This document shows positions 60,401 through 64,000 of a DNA stretch of 64,000 bases, piece by piece. Under the pieces are notes generated by a model that searched no databases, was not told the origin of the DNA, and worked only from the letters and a program-made list of their open reading frames with translations. The stretch is from the NCBI RefSeq assembly GCF_000143415.4, contig NW_003314278.1, positions 636,371 to 700,370 on the forward strand, given 5' to 3'. The translations under genes were made by a program, and so were the position numbers. Source of the stretch: Selaginella moellendorffii. Taxonomy: Eukaryota; Plantae; Lycopodiophyta. Numbering within the stretch: position 1 is the stretch's first letter; the number at the start of each line of letters is the position of its first letter.

Positions 60401-63004
60401 CGAGTTTTGAGCCATCGTCAAGCAAGGTGGGCACAATTTCTGAGTCGGTTTGACTTTGTTATCAAGTACAAACCTGGAAAGCTTCAAGGCCTTCCTAATG
60501 CTCTTTCAAAGCGCTCCTATCTCAGTCTCAGGCCTGGTAATCTTGCCTTCGATCAACAGGATCAGGTTATCCTTGGTCCTGATCGGCTTCAAGTTATAGC
60601 AATTTCTTTGGCCCCTCAAGACTTCTCCTTGATGGATGCGATCAGAAACAATCTTCAATCCGACGACCTCGCCAGCGACATTTTCCCCCATCTTCAGGCT
60701 GGACACCCAGTGACTCTCGACTGCCAGCGATTTGACGAGTTTGAGTTCTTAGATGGTTTGTTGTACTGTGGGGAGCAGCTTTACGTTCCTGAAGGTGATG
60801 CTCGAAGGTTGGTCCTGATGGCGTGCCACGATAGCCTGACTACTAGTCACTTCGGGATTGCAAAAACTTATGAGCTGGTTGCATGGGACTTTTGGTGGCC
60901 TCACATGGATGACTACATCAATTCTTTTGCTACCTCCTGTGACACTTGTGCCCAGAATAAGGTACCTCGCCACCTTCCTTTAGGTTTGGTTCGTTCCCTC
61001 CCAGTCCCTTCAGGTCCTTGGGAATCCATCTCCATGGATTTCTTGAGTGATCTTCCAAGTTCTTGAGGCTTCAACAACATTTTAATGATGGATTGCTTCA
61101 CAAAGATGGCGCACTTCCTGCCGTGTACCAAGGAGTTTTCGGGTGAGGACATGGCAAAACTAGTATTTAAGGAAATTTTCTGACTTCATAGGATTCCAGC
61201 AGATGTAGTTTTGGATTGGGGACCTCAGTTCATCTTTCATTTCTGGCAACAGTTCTTGCAGCTACTTAGAGTGAAGGCTAACCTCTCTTCGGCGTATCAT
61301 CCTCAAACTGATGGACAGTCCGAGCGAACAAATCAGACATTGGAACAATTCCTGAGGTGCTTCATCAACTATCATCAGGATGACTGGTTCGATATCCTTC
61401 CCCTTACTGAGTTCTCCTATAACAACTTTGTTCACTTCTCCCTTCGAGTTTCCCCCTTCTTTGCAAACTTTGACCAAAATCCCCAATTCAATCTCTCACT
61501 TCCTTCTCCATTCGAATCCTCTCGTTCAAATCCCCACTCTGAGGCATTTGTCTCCAACCTCAAGGAAATCCACAACTCCATCTCCTTCCACCTCCATCGT
61601 GCTCAGGAATCTCAAAAAACATTTGCCAATGTCCATTGTCAGGATTGTCCCCCTTACAATATCAGGGATAAAGTCTGGCTCCTTAGGCGCAATATCTCCA
61701 CCACCAGACCATGTCCCAAACTCGATTTCAAACGCCTCGATCCTTTCCCTATCACTACCATCATTAATCCTGTCACTTATCGCCTTGCACTTCCCTCCTT
61801 ATATCAAATTCACCACGTTTTTCACTCCTCTCTCCTTGAGCCTTATATTCCCAGTCCTATTCTAAATCAGGTCATTCTTCCACCTTCACCAGTGCAACTC
61901 GAGGATGGGTCTGAGTATCAAGCTCAGGACATCCTTGATTCCAAGATCTCACGGTCTAAACTCTACTATTTGGTAGACTGGAAGGGTTATGGACCTGAGG
62001 AACACACTTGGGAACTTGCGGACAACTTGATTCATTCTCCTAACCTTGTTCAGGACTTCCACCGCCGCTATCCTTCTCGTCCCAGTCCTCATTCTTTTCA
62101 TTCTCCATCTCCCGTCCCTTGCCACCCATCTCATCCTCCTCTTCATTCTCATTCACGTCCTCTTTCCACTCGTTCTTGAGGAGGGGGTGCTGTCAGAAAT
62201 CCCCCAATTCTTGCCACATTCCTGACTCTTGCCACATTCCTGACCTGCAGACTATATTCCTGACTCTCGAAACACTTCCCTTTTCCTGACTCTCTGATTT
62301 CTCTTATGATTCTTGAGTCTCAAACCACATTCCTGATGATGACATGGTGCCTCCTCGACCTCAGCTATATTTAGGCCTTCCTCGATCCAAGAGTGGTGGA
62401 GCTTCATCAACCTATAGTATATATAGGTTAGCCTTGTTTCATTTCTCCACAATCTGAATCAACACTAGTCTAAGGCCTCTTCCTCGTTTCCACTAGCTTT
62501 TCTTTTTATTTTCTCCATTTTCCAGTCCTGATCTTGTTGGGGGTCTTGACAAGGACCCCTTAAATCCCAAGCCTTGGATGCATCATTTGCTTCGGGACAC
62601 TAGGGGGAAACACCGTGGCCTAACGGCCCGGTATACGTACCCCTACTCCCCCAAGGGAAGGCCCAAGCCCCTAAGAAGGGCAAGGACTAATGAGCCGCAA
62701 GGTACTCAAGTGGGGCAATGAGTCGGGAGCACCACAGTTTGTTTCCCTTCAGAGAGTGGGAGCTGCTCTTGAGCACTTCCTTGGATGGCCCCTCCAGCAC
62801 CACCTGAGTCCATGCTCACTCCCACCCAAGGCCCCTCAACCCCAATCTCAACCTCAAGTCAATTTGGAAGCATCACTAGAGAGTTCCTTCAAGACTGGTT
62901 CCTAGACCTCATTATCCCTACTATACTTTTGGAACCCCCTACAGCCCCTCTCCCCCTGAGAGACACATGCTTTGGGCTTTCACCCCACGACCTGTATTAG
63001 TATT

Positions 63005-63172
63005 CAGACTTGATCTCAGACTTGATCTTGGACTCGATCTCAGACTCGACCTTGGACTCGGTCTCGGACTCGATCTCGGACTCAATCTTGGACCCAACTC
63101 GGACTTGGTCTCGGACTCGGTCTTGAACTCGGTCTTAGAGTCAGTCTTGAACTTGATCTTGAACTTAGTCTC
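63005..63172. repeat. Degenerate 12-bp (2x6) tandem array inside the family X LTR
   Basis: Units such as gactcgatctca, gacttgatcttg and gactcggtctcg. Shorter reverse copies lie at about 47355-47435 and 48795-48860. Confidence 0.85.
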
Positions 63173-64000
63173 ATCTGATAAACTCTTTTTATCATTTTGG
63201 TTGTGCTTTTGGGGATCCTTTAGCTTAGGATTAAAAAGAGGCGTTCGATGTGGGCATCGAACTTCTTCTATGGGTAGTGGAGTTGTAAAGAACCAACTCC
63301 TTGAGGTGTCGAACAACTTATTGACTATGTCTCCAAGGGCATTTAACGATGTGATTAAGTTAGCCTCCCTAGCCAAGAGTGGAATATAGGTGTCCCTATA
63401 CCCCTCCCCTCACCCTAGTATGGGGTTGGGACTTGAACCTAGCCTTGCTTTACTAGAGGGTTGAGACTCAAACTCAACCTCCGTAAAATATGTTTACGAA
63501 TTTGACATCCTTGTGGGGAGTTGGGTGTAGCTTCCTATGCCTGGTCAACCTAACTAACCCATGCTAATTAACTTACCTCCGGCGCGCCTTTAGGTCCCAA
63601 CATATGACATTGCTCAATTTCTCAAAGAGATTCTTTAATTGAATTTTGCATAAGTACATAGAGTTCTACTTTGCAAAAATTTCTCCACTAGATCCCGCTC
63701 ATTTGCTAGGTTCTCCTTTGGTTCCCATGTTGTTTCGCAATGTGGAAATCCTTTTCACTTCACATAAAACTCTCTCATCTCGTGTCCTTGTTGCTTGCTC
63801 TTGTGCGTATTGAGAATGGCCTTGACATTATATTCCTCTTCCCTTTAAGTAAAGGTCTTACTTGGTCTTTGCAAAGCGGATTCTCAAAGTACGACTTGAG
63901 TAAGTTCAAATGGAACACATGGTGCATCTTTCCCATCTCTCAAGGAAATTATAAATGGTAAGCCACCTTACTAATTCGTGCCTCAATTTCATAAGGCCCT

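Larger units (their letters stand above)
56453..62551 (+). mobile_element. Full-length defective Ty3/gypsy chromovirus (Tcn1/Tf1-sushi-like)
   Basis: LTRs at 56453-57572 (361 bp plus TRIM insertion) and 62191-62551, TSD GGGAC/AGGAC and PPT GAGGAGGGGG. Encodes gag (CLYCADPNHKATVC), RT ([13 protein letters not shown]), RH (TDHKNL), INT (SSAYHPQTDGQSER) and chromodomain (YYLVDWKGYGPEEHTWE), with many stops. Confidence 0.95.
56136..64000 (-). mobile_element. Chromovirus family X: 3' LTR (split by a nested element), PPT, chromodomain and integrase C-terminus; runs off the window
   Basis: LTR parts at 56136-56452 and 62557-63311 match the reverse complement of 48713-49612. Minus strand 63680-63970 encodes AYHL*FP*EMGKMHHVFHLNLLKSY and EFYVK*KGFPHCETTWEPKENLANERDLVEKF (chromodomain). 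Confidence 0.82.

Noticed and set aside
62939-63389. SPRS-repeat and LDLG-repeat ORFs; possible CRISPR-like array
   Set aside because: They arise from the 12-bp tandem array in an LTR, with no unique spacers and a eukaryotic context.

Overview
Eukaryotic plant genomic DNA, most consistent with a lycophyte such as Selaginella (inferred from very short ~50-75 nt introns, tiny intergenic gaps, tandem 31-aa PPR motifs, and flagellar and gamete genes). The window has two compartments. Positions 1-30.8 kb are gene-dense: WPP-associated protein, CCDC63/CCDC114 (ODA docking complex)-like protein, half-size ABCG, SWEET, HAP2/GCS1, RuvBL1, LAS-type GRAS, two head-to-head PLS-E PPR genes, PP1 inhibitor-2, a secreted tandem-DUF3455 protein and PCC13-62. 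Positions 30.9-64 kb are an AT-rich nest of LTR retroelements with two stranded 5'-damaged genes (thioredoxin m and a G-type lectin receptor kinase). The most notable signals are a complete 593-bp Cassandra-type TRIM with 5S rRNA internal-promoter sequence in its LTRs, a Ty3/gypsy family with a G-GGA-AAC -1 frameshift site followed by a predicted H-type pseudoknot and a tRNA-Ala PBS, a chromovirus with a Tf1-like self-priming PBS, and four-level nesting. On the gene side, a divergent HAP2 has an acidic tail and an outer-dynein-arm docking homolog is retained. All family assignments are from recalled motifs, not database searches. Coordinates were read by eye and may be off by a few bases.
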